From a virus: 64,000 nt of DNA. The stretch spans positions 77,810 to 141,809 of IMG/VR virus record IMGVR_UViG_3300034122_002202. One strand, 5' to 3'. The position numbers were made by a program, and so were the translations under genes. Position 1 is the stretch's first letter, and each line of letters opens with the position of its first letter. The notes under the pieces were generated by a model, which had not been told where the DNA came from, did not search any database, and saw nothing but the letters and a program-made list of their open reading frames with translations. This document shows positions 10,276-20,721 of the stretch, piece after piece.

Positions 10276-10754
10276 TATTTTCTCCTTGATTCTATATAGC
10301 AATAAAACGAGTCAAGTTTGACATTCTCTATTATCATACCATTTTCTACAAGTATATTTTTTATAAAAGGTATTGTAAATCCAGATTTTTTAAAGTTCCA
10401 ACCTTCTTCTTGACCGCCATATATATGTTTTGAAATATCTTCTTCTTTAATAGTTCCAATTGTTATTAATCTACATAATTCAATAATATCTTCAAAAAAA
10501 AGAAACAACCTTCCTTCATGTTTTAATTTTTTGCACCAATGCTTAATAGTGTCTTTTATTTCTAAATGACTTATAAAATTTAAAACTCTTTTGCAGGAAA
10601 TAGCATCTAATTCACCATCATCTGCAATTTTACTTAAATCTTGATAATGACAATATAAAACACTTTCAGACGATGTTGGAAATGGGCTTATATATGTAAA
10701 CTCACTGTCCTCAACATCTTCTTTAAAGAATGGTATTCCTATATTTATTTTCAT
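10275..10754 (-). CDS. Class I SAM methyltransferase-like protein (degenerate)
   Basis: KINIG, LDAISCKRVLNFI, LKHEGRL, HIYGGQ. Confidence 0.55.
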   Translation of the reverse strand: MKINIGIPFFKEDVEDSEFTYISPFPTSSESVLYCHYQDLSKIADDGELDAISCKRVLNFISHLEIKDTIKHWCKKLKHEGRLFLFFEDIIELCRLITIGTIKEEDISKHIYGGQEEGWNFKKSGFTIPFIKNILVENGMIIENVKLDSFYCYIESRRK

Positions 10755-11746
10755 AATTCCCACCAGTTTTTGGTTACTGCCTTCTGTAAAACTTCATTCC
10801 ATCTGTTTGTAAAAGATTCTAAAGAAAAATTTTGAAGTATTGTCTTTCTTGCTTCTTCACCCATTTTTCTGCATAAAGAAGGATCTTCCAAACAATTATT
10901 CAAAAAAGATCTAAGTTCATTTTCATCATTTGAAATAAATCCATTTACGCCATTTTTAATTATTTCTGGACACATACCATTTGCAGTAGTAATAACACAG
11001 CAACCACATGCCATAGCTTCTATTAAAGTGGTTGGCAATGGGCTAAATATTGATGTGTTTAAAAATATACTAGATCTATTATAACTATTAACTAAATCAT
11101 CAATGTCTTTAGCTGGTTCAGAAAGTTCTGGATTGCTACCGATTACAACTACTGGCATATCTTTTGTTATGCTTTGCCATAATGTAAATCCACATTCATA
11201 ATCTCTATTTTTCCAATCGTTAACAACACTTAGAATATTGTTTTCTCTTTTTATTTTCTTATTGTTAAAAACCTTAGTGTCAACCCCATGATTGATAACT
11301 TCATGTTCTTCTTTAAAATCCCAAGATTTTACAGAATATTCAGAAATAAATATGTTTGTATTACCAAATTTTTTCTTTAATGCAGTTCTTGTTTTTGTCA
11401 TGCACACATGTTCTAGGCATATTAATGGTATGTGTAAATGTTTAGATATAGTCAAAGCTATATCAAATTGCATAAATTTTTCATGACTTAAAATAGCATC
11501 GAAAACAAGATAATTTGGAATATCAGATATTTTTTCTATATTATTTAATAACTTGTGATTTTTTGGTACTTCTGCATATTGAGAATTCCAAGTTTTAATC
11601 TTTGGATTGTTTATAACCCAAAAATCAGCATTGATATCAGCCATATTAGACTGATATCTTTCATGCGTTGAAAATGTAAGTATCTTAAGTCTATCTCCAC
11701 TTTTTCTAGTGGATGACCTTACTATATTACTTAATGCAGGATGCAT
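10751..11746 (-). CDS. Glycosyltransferase family 4
   Basis: HGVDTKVF, LIEAMACG, IIKNGVNG. Confidence 0.88.
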   Translation of the reverse strand: MHPALSNIVRSSTRKSGDRLKILTFSTHERYQSNMADINADFWVINNPKIKTWNSQYAEVPKNHKLLNNIEKISDIPNYLVFDAILSHEKFMQFDIALTISKHLHIPLICLEHVCMTKTRTALKKKFGNTNIFISEYSVKSWDFKEEHEVINHGVDTKVFNNKKIKRENNILSVVNDWKNRDYECGFTLWQSITKDMPVVVIGSNPELSEPAKDIDDLVNSYNRSSIFLNTSIFSPLPTTLIEAMACGCCVITTANGMCPEIIKNGVNGFISNDENELRSFLNNCLEDPSLCRKMGEEARKTILQNFSLESFTNRWNEVLQKAVTKNWWEL

Positions 11747-12481
11747 CTATTCCCCTAACTGCTCAACGATATATTTAATAAGCCCATGCCTTTGTATATC
11801 ATCGCCAGTAAGGAACACTTTAGCAATATCTTTATGATTAAGTTTTTCTAAAATCCACCCCATAGTGTTTCCTTCGTAATGAGGCAAGTCTGTTTGTGTA
11901 TGATCACCACAAACAATAACTTTTGCATTTTGACCAAATCTAGTTAGAAACATTTTTAATTGTCTTCTTGTGGCATTTTGTGCTTCATCTAAAATAATCA
12001 TAGAATCATGAAATGTTCTTCCCCTCATTAATTCAAGAGGGCATATTTCTAATATCTGATCATTTCTGATTGCTTTCATTTTTGTTTTTGTGACAAAATT
12101 ACCAATTGCTTCAAGCATGGCAACCATAAAAGGCTCAGTCTTTTCCTTAAGATCGCCTGGAAAAGCACCAATCTTTTGTCCGCATTCAATTAGTGGTCTA
12201 GCTATAATAATTTTTTCTATTTTTTTCTGCATCAATAGTCCAGCAGCAACACCACAAGCTATAAATGTTTTCCCTGCACCAGCAGGACCAGAACATATTG
12301 TAAGTGTGTGCTTTTCAATTGCTTCTATATAGATATCTTGATTTTTTGTTTTACCTTTTATTTGATTCGTTTTTTCTTCTTCAACTGATTTATCCCTTTC
12401 TTCCTTCCAAGAAACCTCTGTAGGTTCTTCTTTATAGTTTGCAATGTCTACCCAAGTTTGTTTTTTCTTTTTTGGAGGCAT
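11747..12481 (-). CDS. phoH: PhoH family ATPase
   Basis: GPAGAGKT, IIIARP, MRGRTF, IILDEAQN, LTRFG, GDHTQTD. Confidence 0.95.
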   Translation of the reverse strand: MPPKKKKQTWVDIANYKEEPTEVSWKEERDKSVEEEKTNQIKGKTKNQDIYIEAIEKHTLTICSGPAGAGKTFIACGVAAGLLMQKKIEKIIIARPLIECGQKIGAFPGDLKEKTEPFMVAMLEAIGNFVTKTKMKAIRNDQILEICPLELMRGRTFHDSMIILDEAQNATRRQLKMFLTRFGQNAKVIVCGDHTQTDLPHYEGNTMGWILEKLNHKDIAKVFLTGDDIQRHGLIKYIVEQLGE

Positions 12482-13571
12482 GTTTAATCACCTTTAAAAA
12501 ATTTAACCCCACTTTTTCGTGGGAGAATTCGTAGGCACGATCTAAAGCAGAAGTAGCCTTAGACTTTCTAACATCCTCCATTGAATAACAATCTCTCATC
12601 TTCCTTCTTAAGTCATGAATATCAATTGACCACCAATATTCAGATCCATCGTAGATGCCATCAAAAATCCTTTCTTGACCAAAAACAAATTCTTTATGGC
12701 AATCAACCAACCAACCAACATTGTCATTCAAATAGTCTTTGTAGCCAGAACAATTGGTTACAATAGGTGTCTTTCCAAAACCCATTGCATCAAATGCTGG
12801 TATACTCCAAGCTTCACCATAAGATGCTTGTACAAAAGCATCGCATGAATTGTGTAGTTTGTATATTGCGTTATTTGACAATCTTTCTTTTATGCAAAAT
12901 ACTCTAGGGAGTCTTTTTACATTAAGTCCAGATGAAATAGAATTACAATATTTAGTAAAGTCTTCTTTATCATCATGATTTGTTTTTACTATTAAACAAA
13001 CATTTTCATCTCTTGAAAACTCTAAAAAATACGCCTTTAACAACGCTGATAAGTTTTTTCTTCTTTTTTGTTCGCCTATAGTGTAAAAAATAAAATCTTT
13101 TTTAAAAGTATTGTCCTCTATCTGTTTTAGTTTATCAAATTTTTGAGTGTAAACAGAAAAATCTCTAGCATGAGGAACAACATATATCGGAACTTTTACC
13201 CCACTATTTCTGCATGATTCAATCATTTGATTATTTATAACAATACAACAATCCATGTTATTTAAATGATTTTGCCATCCAGACATTCTAAACGAAGATG
13301 TTTCATAAGCAAAAAGTGCTATGTTTAAATTAAAATTTGAATCATATTGCATATGAATTGGAAGAGTATGTTGAATAACAACATCGCAATTATCTGCCGA
13401 CCTTTTTTCTAATTCTTCAACTCTTTTGTGTGGAGTATGATTTAATGTGTTGAACTTTAATGGTCTACAAACAACATTTACGCCAACTGAATCTAAAGAT
13501 AATATATAATCTTCAGCAGCTTGACCGTATCCAGTTCCATCTCTGTAATTTCCTATGTAAAGAACTTTCAT
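12432..13571 (-). CDS. Glycosyltransferase family 4
   Basis: TGYGQA, RKNLSALL, GEAWSIPAFDAMGFG. Confidence 0.85.
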   Translation of the reverse strand: MKVLYIGNYRDGTGYGQAAEDYILSLDSVGVNVVCRPLKFNTLNHTPHKRVEELEKRSADNCDVVIQHTLPIHMQYDSNFNLNIALFAYETSSFRMSGWQNHLNNMDCCIVINNQMIESCRNSGVKVPIYVVPHARDFSVYTQKFDKLKQIEDNTFKKDFIFYTIGEQKRRKNLSALLKAYFLEFSRDENVCLIVKTNHDDKEDFTKYCNSISSGLNVKRLPRVFCIKERLSNNAIYKLHNSCDAFVQASYGEAWSIPAFDAMGFGKTPIVTNCSGYKDYLNDNVGWLVDCHKEFVFGQERIFDGIYDGSEYWWSIDIHDLRRKMRDCYSMEDVRKSKATSALDRAYEFSHEKVGLNFLKVIKHASKKEKTNLGRHCKL

Positions 13572-13572
13572 T

Positions 13573-15072
13573 TTAGTTCCTTATAGATTCATAGTGGTTA
13601 TATTTAGATATTATTTTTTCTACTTCTTTATATATATCTTCCTTAGAAGACATATTGTAATTTATTCTTTTTAAAAACCTTGAAAATAAAAGAGAAAAAT
13701 CATCATTAAAACACTTTAACAATTGCTTTAAAAATTCTACATTATTATCAAAAGATATTTCTGAAGGTATGCTCATATATTTTTTGGGTTCATTCCATGT
13801 ATTAGAACTTGGTACAGATAAAAAGTGGTTTTTTAACTTTTCTGAAACAGCATCATAGCTATACTTTTCTTTTGTCAAATTTAGTGTTTTATTAGACTTG
13901 AACTTTCTTACTGATTCTGGTTGTTTAAAATATTTAATACAAATATCTACAAAATTTTGATTATCTGGAAGTGCAAACTTTCTATGTGTTTCAACTTCAT
14001 AATGCATTCTTTGTACTTTTATTGGAAAACCATCTAGTTTTCTAACTATATCGTACATAGCACTATAGTCTGTAGCACAAATAGGAACCCCACAAGAAGC
14101 TGCTTCTACTAATGGCATCCCAAATCCTTCTGCACAAGAATATTGAACATATAGATCCATTAAATTATACACCATTGCCATAGAGTCTCTTTTTGCACCA
14201 GAACTTGTGTTTGGAAACAAAGAAGATATTTTTTTACAATAATTGCATTCTATAATTGCACCATTAAAATTTGATATTGATATGTTAAAACAGCCCCTAC
14301 AACTATAAGTAAACAACAGTTTTTTTGATATTTTGGGTCTTTCAGCTATTAATTTTGGTATATCCCAACCAACATCTGGATAAGTAGTGTGCATATATAG
14401 AAATAATTTTGAAGATATCTCTTTTGGTGCTTGATTCAACAACATTTCAAATGCATCAAAAAGATCTGGAATTAGTTTTCTTTTTTGATTTCTCATAACA
14501 GAACCGATTATTAAACAATCTGGATCTAATCCATGAGATTTTTTAAATTCCTTTTTGTCTTTAATCATAGTAAAAACTTCATCTGCTGCTGGAGAAGCAG
14601 AAGAAATTAAATTTAAATTTGGATAATTTTCTTTGAGTATGTCTAAAGCCCAATCTGAGTATGTAAATATAGAATCTGCCTTAGTTAAAGTATATATCCA
14701 TTCTGAATCTAATGGAATCGAATCAATAGTTGGCATATAGGCCCAATGGAAATGTCTCTTGTAGGGAGAATCTCCAATAAAATCATCAATCCAAGGATCT
14801 CTGAAAGACCATACTACATCTGGTTTAAATTCTAAAAGAACATCTTCAAAGATTGAAGAGCCAAATCTTCCGCTAGTTTTATTTTCTTCTGGATAATATA
14901 TTTTCCAAGGTGGTTTTGGAACTGACGGATGATCTTTACCAAAACACGCTATCTCTGCCAATTCAAATTCTCCTGTTTGATAAAGCCTGTTCATAATCTG
15001 GCAACCATAATTGGCATATCCAGAGTTTATAAAAGTTGCTTCACCACACAGGAGTATTCGTTTTTTTGACAT
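13573..15072 (-). CDS. Glycosyltransferase family 4 (with a Cys4 insertion)
   Basis: SGYANY, RNQKRK, EGFGMPLVEAASCG; CRGC...CNYC. Confidence 0.85.
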   Translation of the reverse strand: MSKKRILLCGEATFINSGYANYGCQIMNRLYQTGEFELAEIACFGKDHPSVPKPPWKIYYPEENKTSGRFGSSIFEDVLLEFKPDVVWSFRDPWIDDFIGDSPYKRHFHWAYMPTIDSIPLDSEWIYTLTKADSIFTYSDWALDILKENYPNLNLISSASPAADEVFTMIKDKKEFKKSHGLDPDCLIIGSVMRNQKRKLIPDLFDAFEMLLNQAPKEISSKLFLYMHTTYPDVGWDIPKLIAERPKISKKLLFTYSCRGCFNISISNFNGAIIECNYCKKISSLFPNTSSGAKRDSMAMVYNLMDLYVQYSCAEGFGMPLVEAASCGVPICATDYSAMYDIVRKLDGFPIKVQRMHYEVETHRKFALPDNQNFVDICIKYFKQPESVRKFKSNKTLNLTKEKYSYDAVSEKLKNHFLSVPSSNTWNEPKKYMSIPSEISFDNNVEFLKQLLKCFNDDFSLLFSRFLKRINYNMSSKEDIYKEVEKIISKYNHYESIRN

Positions 15073-15080
15073 TTTAATTC

Positions 15081-15467
15081 CTATAGTATTTGATTACCGA
15101 AATCTTCTTCTTCTGCAAATACTTCTGAATGTTGTTCTTCTTCATCGTTTGCTTTCTGATCTACATACCAAAATTTTTGAACTATAAATTTAATTTTATG
15201 CCTGTTTTTTCCATTTTCTTTATCTACCCAACTTTCTGTTTTAGCAGAAGTATGCACTAAAATTCTAGAACCTTTTTTAAAATACTTCCCAATCAAATCA
15301 GCAGTTTTTTCCCAAGCAACACAATCAATAAAAGTCATTTCTGGTTTTTCTTGATTCTTAGATGGATTTCTAACCGAAATACAAAAGTTAACAACAGATT
15401 TTCCATTGTTTAATTTTATAAGTTCTGGTTCTCTAGTTAGCTTACCAAGGAAAGAACAAATATTCAT
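15081..15467 (-). CDS. ssb: Single-stranded DNA-binding protein
   Basis: LGKLTREPEL, FIDCVAWEKTA, KKGSRI; acidic tail. Confidence 0.92.
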   Translation of the reverse strand: MNICSFLGKLTREPELIKLNNGKSVVNFCISVRNPSKNQEKPEMTFIDCVAWEKTADLIGKYFKKGSRILVHTSAKTESWVDKENGKNRHKIKFIVQKFWYVDQKANDEEEQHSEVFAEEEDFGNQIL

Positions 15468-15476
15468 TTCTATCTC

Positions 15477-17102
15477 CTAAATTTGAACAACAGTTTTAAC
15501 TAAAAGAGAGTCACTTTTTTTGTCTCGTTCACCTTGAATCAAGACTGTATTACCCTCTTTTAACAAAGAAGCAAAATCTTTGTACGAGTTTGGAAAACAA
15601 ATGACATCATCTATTTTTCCAGTAGCATCAGATATTGATAAAAATGCCATTCTAGATCCTGGTGTTTTTCCAGCCTTTGTAAGCACTTCTTTAGACCTTC
15701 TTATTTCAACACCAAAGACCATATAGCCACTCTTTCCATCTAAGTATTCTTTGCATGTAGTGTTAGAACTACTTGTGTCGCAAGAGTCTGTAGCATTATA
15801 TGTTAAAGAAATTCCTAAAGAATCCTTTTCAATCCAACAAACCCAACTTGGAATATCTATTAAAGGAGAAGGGGGATTTTTAATCATAGAAGCAATGCTT
15901 TTTAAAACCTCAACTCTTTTGACTGAAGAACAACAGCCACCTTCTTTTTTTGTCTTTGCTGAGTTTAAAATCATATCTGGTATATTAGTGATTTCAACAT
16001 TAGCTTTTATCCACTCCTTTTCTTTGTCTGTTAATTCAGACCAAGCATTAAATTCAGCAAGAAGAACCTTCCTTTTGCTGCCAAATTTTCTTAGAGCGTT
16101 AACAGCAATTAGTTTTTCAATACTTGATTTTGGCATTTCATCAGAACATTTAACAACAAATTCTTCCCAAGAATCTATACTTTTGCCGTAATTATTTATA
16201 GCTAGTTTGATTTTTTCAAATTGAGATTGCCCAATTCCTTTTACATCAGTAATACCAAACCAAATTGATATTCCGTCAGTGTAAAAGTTGCTATTTAGCA
16301 TCATTATGTCTGGAGAATAGACAGCTATATTGAATTTTTTTGCATCTTCAATTAGTTCAGATATTTCAAGCTGACTATCTGCTTTGTCTTTTGCAAAATA
16401 AAGCCAGCTAGTAAAGAATTGAACTGGAAAATGGCTCTTTAAATAAGCAGTATCATATCCAATTAAGCCATAGCAGCAACTGTGACTGCGATTAAACGAG
16501 TATTTTTGACTCTGTTCAATCCATCCAAATATTTCTTCAGCTTGATCTTCTGAGACTACTTCTATCTTTTTAGCACCCTCAATAAACATCGTCTTACATT
16601 TTGCCATTTCGCTAGATGATTTCTTTCCCATTGCCTTACGAAGCATGTCTGCTTCTTGCAAAGTAAATCCAGCGATAACTCTAGAAAGTTCCATTGCCTG
16701 TTCTTGAAAAACAAGTGACCCATAAGTTGATTTAAGTGCATCATCAACAATAGGATGATAGGATGAAACCTCTTCTTCTCCGTTTACAATACGGCAATAA
16801 TGTGCGGTCATACTAACGCCCTTATCATCAACAGAACGCAAAGCTCCCGGTCTGATAAGAGCACCTAAAGCAGTTAAATGATCAACAGTTTTTGGTCTTA
16901 ATTTTTTAGACCATTGTTTTCCAAGATCTGATTCTAACTGGAAAATTCCTTTTGTATCGCCTCTAGAAAATATATCCCAAGCAATATCGCAAGAAGGAAG
17001 ATTAGTTGGATCTACTTCCATTAGAGGCAAAGAATCTTTGGTTAAAGGATCTCCAATTATTGGAAAACTACAACCACATGAAAATTTGTATGTTTTTGTC
17101 AT
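15477..17102 (-). CDS. dnaE: DNA polymerase III alpha, C-terminal part (fingers/HhH/OB) of a split DnaE
   Basis: GIFQLES, RPG, VFQEQ, ADMLRKAMGKK, YSFNRSH, KGIG, C-terminal OB fold. Confidence 0.92.
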   Translation of the reverse strand: MTKTYKFSCGCSFPIIGDPLTKDSLPLMEVDPTNLPSCDIAWDIFSRGDTKGIFQLESDLGKQWSKKLRPKTVDHLTALGALIRPGALRSVDDKGVSMTAHYCRIVNGEEEVSSYHPIVDDALKSTYGSLVFQEQAMELSRVIAGFTLQEADMLRKAMGKKSSSEMAKCKTMFIEGAKKIEVVSEDQAEEIFGWIEQSQKYSFNRSHSCCYGLIGYDTAYLKSHFPVQFFTSWLYFAKDKADSQLEISELIEDAKKFNIAVYSPDIMMLNSNFYTDGISIWFGITDVKGIGQSQFEKIKLAINNYGKSIDSWEEFVVKCSDEMPKSSIEKLIAVNALRKFGSKRKVLLAEFNAWSELTDKEKEWIKANVEITNIPDMILNSAKTKKEGGCCSSVKRVEVLKSIASMIKNPPSPLIDIPSWVCWIEKDSLGISLTYNATDSCDTSSSNTTCKEYLDGKSGYMVFGVEIRRSKEVLTKAGKTPGSRMAFLSISDATGKIDDVICFPNSYKDFASLLKEGNTVLIQGERDKKSDSLLVKTVVQI

Positions 17103-17106
17103 ATTA

Positions 17107-17745
17107 TTATTTCTTAAATGAGTCTTTAAATTTAACTTTTGGGTATATTGATCTATGTAGTTTTAAGAAGTATGTGATTAAGTCTGCTGTTTGCTCAACA
17201 TCAACTAGTGCATCATGAGCATTAGCCTTTGACATTCCAAAATGATCTCTAATAGTATCCATTTTCATATTAGGCATATCATCTGAATTTTCAAACCAAA
17301 GCAACATCATTTCATCTAAATCAAACATGCTTCTTTTATTGAAGAAAGATTGTGTGGCATTTGGTTGAACATATCCTAATTCAATACAGACTCTTTGAAA
17401 AATCGGCATATCAAAAAATCTAATGTTTTTTCCTGCTGGAACAGGAGCTAATATATTGCTTTTACCAACCGCAAAAGTAGATATAAAATCAATAAACCTA
17501 CTCCAAACAACATCAAGATTGGGTGCAAGCTGAAGTTCTTCTCTTGTCTTTTTGTTTACTGCTAGTGCTGCTTCTTGCAAATTTCCAAAGTCTCTAGGTT
17601 TTACAAGACTATTAAAGACTGCACCTTCTATTGGTTGAAGAGTTTTTCTATTTATTGCCTTTGCAGCAATTTGAATAACTTCACAAGTATTTGTATCTAA
17701 AGATCCTGTTTCAAAATCAAAAACAATAATCGTATTACTCTTCAT
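17107..17745 (-). CDS. DEDDh 3'-5' exonuclease (Pol III epsilon-like)
   Basis: FDFETG, NIRFFD, AHDALVD. Confidence 0.9.
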   Translation of the reverse strand: MKSNTIIVFDFETGSLDTNTCEVIQIAAKAINRKTLQPIEGAVFNSLVKPRDFGNLQEAALAVNKKTREELQLAPNLDVVWSRFIDFISTFAVGKSNILAPVPAGKNIRFFDMPIFQRVCIELGYVQPNATQSFFNKRSMFDLDEMMLLWFENSDDMPNMKMDTIRDHFGMSKANAHDALVDVEQTADLITYFLKLHRSIYPKVKFKDSFKK

Positions 17746-18016
17746 CGTCTTCTTCTCCTTTAATAGTTAGTTCTATTGATCCATCATCAATTTGCTGTAT
17801 TTTAAGTTCGACTTCTGCATCTTCTGCTGAATCTAAAAAATCCTTATCTATAAGTAACATACCTCCATTTTGAATTGTTATTGCCTTTAATAGTTTGTTC
17901 GCCTGTTTAACAAGATCTTTCTTTAATGAAGAGCAATCAGACAAAGCATCTAACAAGGCTGTTTGCTGGACTACCAGTTTACTTATTATAGATATTTCAA
18001 GAGAATTATCATTCAT
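17735..18016 (-). CDS. Hypothetical acidic protein between the DnaE halves
   Basis: 93 aa ORF overlapping both neighbours. Confidence 0.65.
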   Translation of the reverse strand: MNDNSLEISIISKLVVQQTALLDALSDCSSLKKDLVKQANKLLKAITIQNGGMLLIDKDFLDSAEDAEVELKIQQIDDGSIELTIKGEEDDEE

Positions 18017-19925
18017 TTGGTTTCCCCTTTAAAATATTTATACAACCCATTATTTTATCTAAAACTGCAACTCCAAGTATATCAAACTTAACCATTCCAA
18101 TTGACTCTAAATCTGACATTTCCATACCAGCTATCATCTGTTTTGTCTTTTTATCAAATGTCATTGGACATACTTCTGATAAAGGAATATTGCTAATAAC
18201 TATACCAGCAGCATGTTTGCCCTGACTTCTTTTTGTTCCTTCTAATCTTATTGCCTGTGCAAATTCCTTTGCTAATCTTCCAGAGTAAGTGCCATCTTTT
18301 TCAATCTTACAATACTCAGATAATCTATCAGGAATATTCTCTAACGCCCACCTTATTATTGAAGAATCTCCATCTTCATCTTTCATGTCTTGTAGTTGTT
18401 CAGATATCTCGGATTCATCTGGAATGTACTTAGTTACATTGTTGCTTTCTTCAAAAGAAAAACCATGAACTCTAAGCACATCTTTTAATGATCCACGACC
18501 CTGCATACGACTAAATGTTATCATTTGGCAAACATTGCTGCTTCCATACTTTTGTTTTATATATTCTATTACTTTATCACGCTTTGTAATTGGAAAGTCA
18601 CAGTCAATATCTGGCAAACTTATACGACCAGCAGAGTTTCTTCCTGCGTTATAGAATCTTTCAAATATAAGAGAATGTTTAATGGGGTCTACTTCTGTTA
18701 TACCCAAGAGGTAAGATATCATGCAGCCAGCACCAGAACCTCTACCTCTACCCATAATCCAACCCTTAGACTTTGCCCAATTGCAATAGTCTTGCACAAT
18801 TAAAAAGTATCCAGCCAAACCAGAAGTATCTATAACTTCAAGTTCGTGCTTTATTCTCTCTGTGTATACCTTATATTCATCTGTTTTTGGCTTTATTGCA
18901 GAGAAACGCCTATTCCACCCATCTCTGCATAACTTTCTCAAATAAAGGATCTGAGAAAGACCATCTGGACAAGCAAAGTTTGGTATAGCTGGTTGGTTTA
19001 TAAGCGAATAGTTTTCACATAAGCTATCAATTAAACAACAGTTGTTTATTTCATCTTCTTCGTGAAAGCTAGATATTTCTTCAATTGTTGGAAGATAATA
19101 TTTATTTGACTTAAAGAATACAGAAAGCCCAAATTCTTCGTTGTTTTCTAATTTGCTATTTACATTCTTAAGAGTTGTTTCCATTGAAGAACACAATAAG
19201 ACCCTTTGATCAGGAGCATCCTCTGGCATAACATAATGAACATCTGGAGTTGCTATTTTTTTAATACCAGTTTTTGCACAAAGTTCTCTCAGGCATTCAG
19301 CAATAACCTTTGATGCAACTAAGTTAGAGCTATCAAACAATTGTATTTCTACAAAAAAATTATCTACCCCAAATATCTCAATGTATTTTGCACAAATATT
19401 TCCAGCTTCATTTAGCCAGTTGGGTTTGAGCATTTCTTTTATTTCATCATAATCAGTTCTTTTATAAGCCTCTTTATGATCTTCAAATAAAGAATTAGCC
19501 AAATCTGTTCCTGGATGACCAGAAAATGCAATTAAATCACTGCACAGTCCTTTAAAGTCATTTAAGTTTAATCTTGGTTTATAATAAAAATAATCTAAGG
19601 AATTGGCTAAAGAAGACAAATTAATTAAGTTTTTCCAGCCGTTTAGATTTTTAGCAATGACACACAGGTGAGTTAAGCTTGAGTTTTCTTTATTGTGTTC
19701 TGTTGCTATATTCTTACAAATATAAAATTCACAACCAATGATTGGTTTTATACCTTGTGAAATACAAGCTTTAGAAAAAGAAATAGCACCAGATATAGTT
19801 CCATGATCAGTTATGGCACATGAAGTATATCCAAGTTCTTTGCATCTTTTTGCTAAAAGATCTGGCTTACTTAATCCGTCTAATAGGCTATAATGGGTAT
19901 GACAATGCAATGGTATCCAATTCAT
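18009..19925 (-). CDS. dnaE: DNA polymerase III alpha, N-terminal part (PHP plus palm) of a split DnaE
   Basis: HCHTHYSLLDG, TDHG, GRGSGAG, LIFERF, PDIDCD, HAAGIVI; ends just after VKFDILG. Confidence 0.93.
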   Translation of the reverse strand: MNWIPLHCHTHYSLLDGLSKPDLLAKRCKELGYTSCAITDHGTISGAISFSKACISQGIKPIIGCEFYICKNIATEHNKENSSLTHLCVIAKNLNGWKNLINLSSLANSLDYFYYKPRLNLNDFKGLCSDLIAFSGHPGTDLANSLFEDHKEAYKRTDYDEIKEMLKPNWLNEAGNICAKYIEIFGVDNFFVEIQLFDSSNLVASKVIAECLRELCAKTGIKKIATPDVHYVMPEDAPDQRVLLCSSMETTLKNVNSKLENNEEFGLSVFFKSNKYYLPTIEEISSFHEEDEINNCCLIDSLCENYSLINQPAIPNFACPDGLSQILYLRKLCRDGWNRRFSAIKPKTDEYKVYTERIKHELEVIDTSGLAGYFLIVQDYCNWAKSKGWIMGRGRGSGAGCMISYLLGITEVDPIKHSLIFERFYNAGRNSAGRISLPDIDCDFPITKRDKVIEYIKQKYGSSNVCQMITFSRMQGRGSLKDVLRVHGFSFEESNNVTKYIPDESEISEQLQDMKDEDGDSSIIRWALENIPDRLSEYCKIEKDGTYSGRLAKEFAQAIRLEGTKRSQGKHAAGIVISNIPLSEVCPMTFDKKTKQMIAGMEMSDLESIGMVKFDILGVAVLDKIMGCINILKGKPNE

Positions 19926-19953
19926 ATTCAATCCTTAAATTTTTTTCAATTAA

Positions 19954-20721
19954 TTAATTTCTTAAGTAGTTCCTAATTACATGTACTGACCAATCTTCCC
20001 AGTTTATATCTGATATTACCGTTGTTTTTGTATGTTTGAATTCGCCATTTGCAAGAGCTTTATCAATTGGATTAAGCGAAGTTCCGTCTTTTAAGTGAAC
20101 ATGAAAAACAACGCCAAAATGAACAGCGTTAACTGTAGACGAATCGTCATTTATAACACCAACCAATCTTACAGAATGAGGATCTGAAAATTGAACTTCT
20201 TCTTCTATCTCTCTTTTGCAAGCATTACCTATTGTTTCAATGTTATTTCCATCGCAAGGATTAACATGACCACCAACACCAACAGACCATAGATCATGAA
20301 GCCTATTTTCAGAACCATGTTTTGATCTTTGATAGACAAATAGCTGATCGTTTTTTGTAAAAATACAATAAGGAATTACTTGTTTATAGTTTAAGTCATT
20401 TTCTGCAATATCTCTGTCTATATAGAATAAGTTTTCTGGAACAAGAATTTTATTTTTAATTTTAGAAGATTTTTCTCCAGTTAACATTCCTTGAAACGAT
20501 AATTCTTCAGTTAACAATTCTTTTTTAAAGACTAAAACTTTCTCGCCATTGTACTTTGAAATATACTCTGGTTCTTTTGAAACAATTAGTTTTCCTTCTT
20601 CATCATAATTTGGATAGTCTTGATCTGTAGGAGATTCTTCTGGACTAAATGTTGTAGAAGTTGATGTTTGCATTGATTTTTCAAAAATAGCTTCTATCCA
20701 CTTTTTACTTTTTGACATCAT
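19954..20721 (-). CDS. NUDIX-family phosphoesterase (COG4112-like)
   Basis: YKQVIPY, RLHDLWSVGVGGHVN, REIEEEV, VHFG; start set at MMSKSK after a GGGAG RBS. Confidence 0.8.
   Translation of the reverse strand: MMSKSKKWIEAIFEKSMQTSTSTTFSPEESPTDQDYPNYDEEGKLIVSKEPEYISKYNGEKVLVFKKELLTEELSFQGMLTGEKSSKIKNKILVPENLFYIDRDIAENDLNYKQVIPYCIFTKNDQLFVYQRSKHGSENRLHDLWSVGVGGHVNPCDGNNIETIGNACKREIEEEVQFSDPHSVRLVGVINDDSSTVNAVHFGVVFHVHLKDGTSLNPIDKALANGEFKHTKTTVISDINWEDWSVHVIRNYLRN

Noticed and set aside
17000-18060. Split intein joining the DnaE halves
   Set aside because: No HN/HQ-[CST] C-intein end at the start of the C-half, and no Hint blocks after the final Cys of the N-half.
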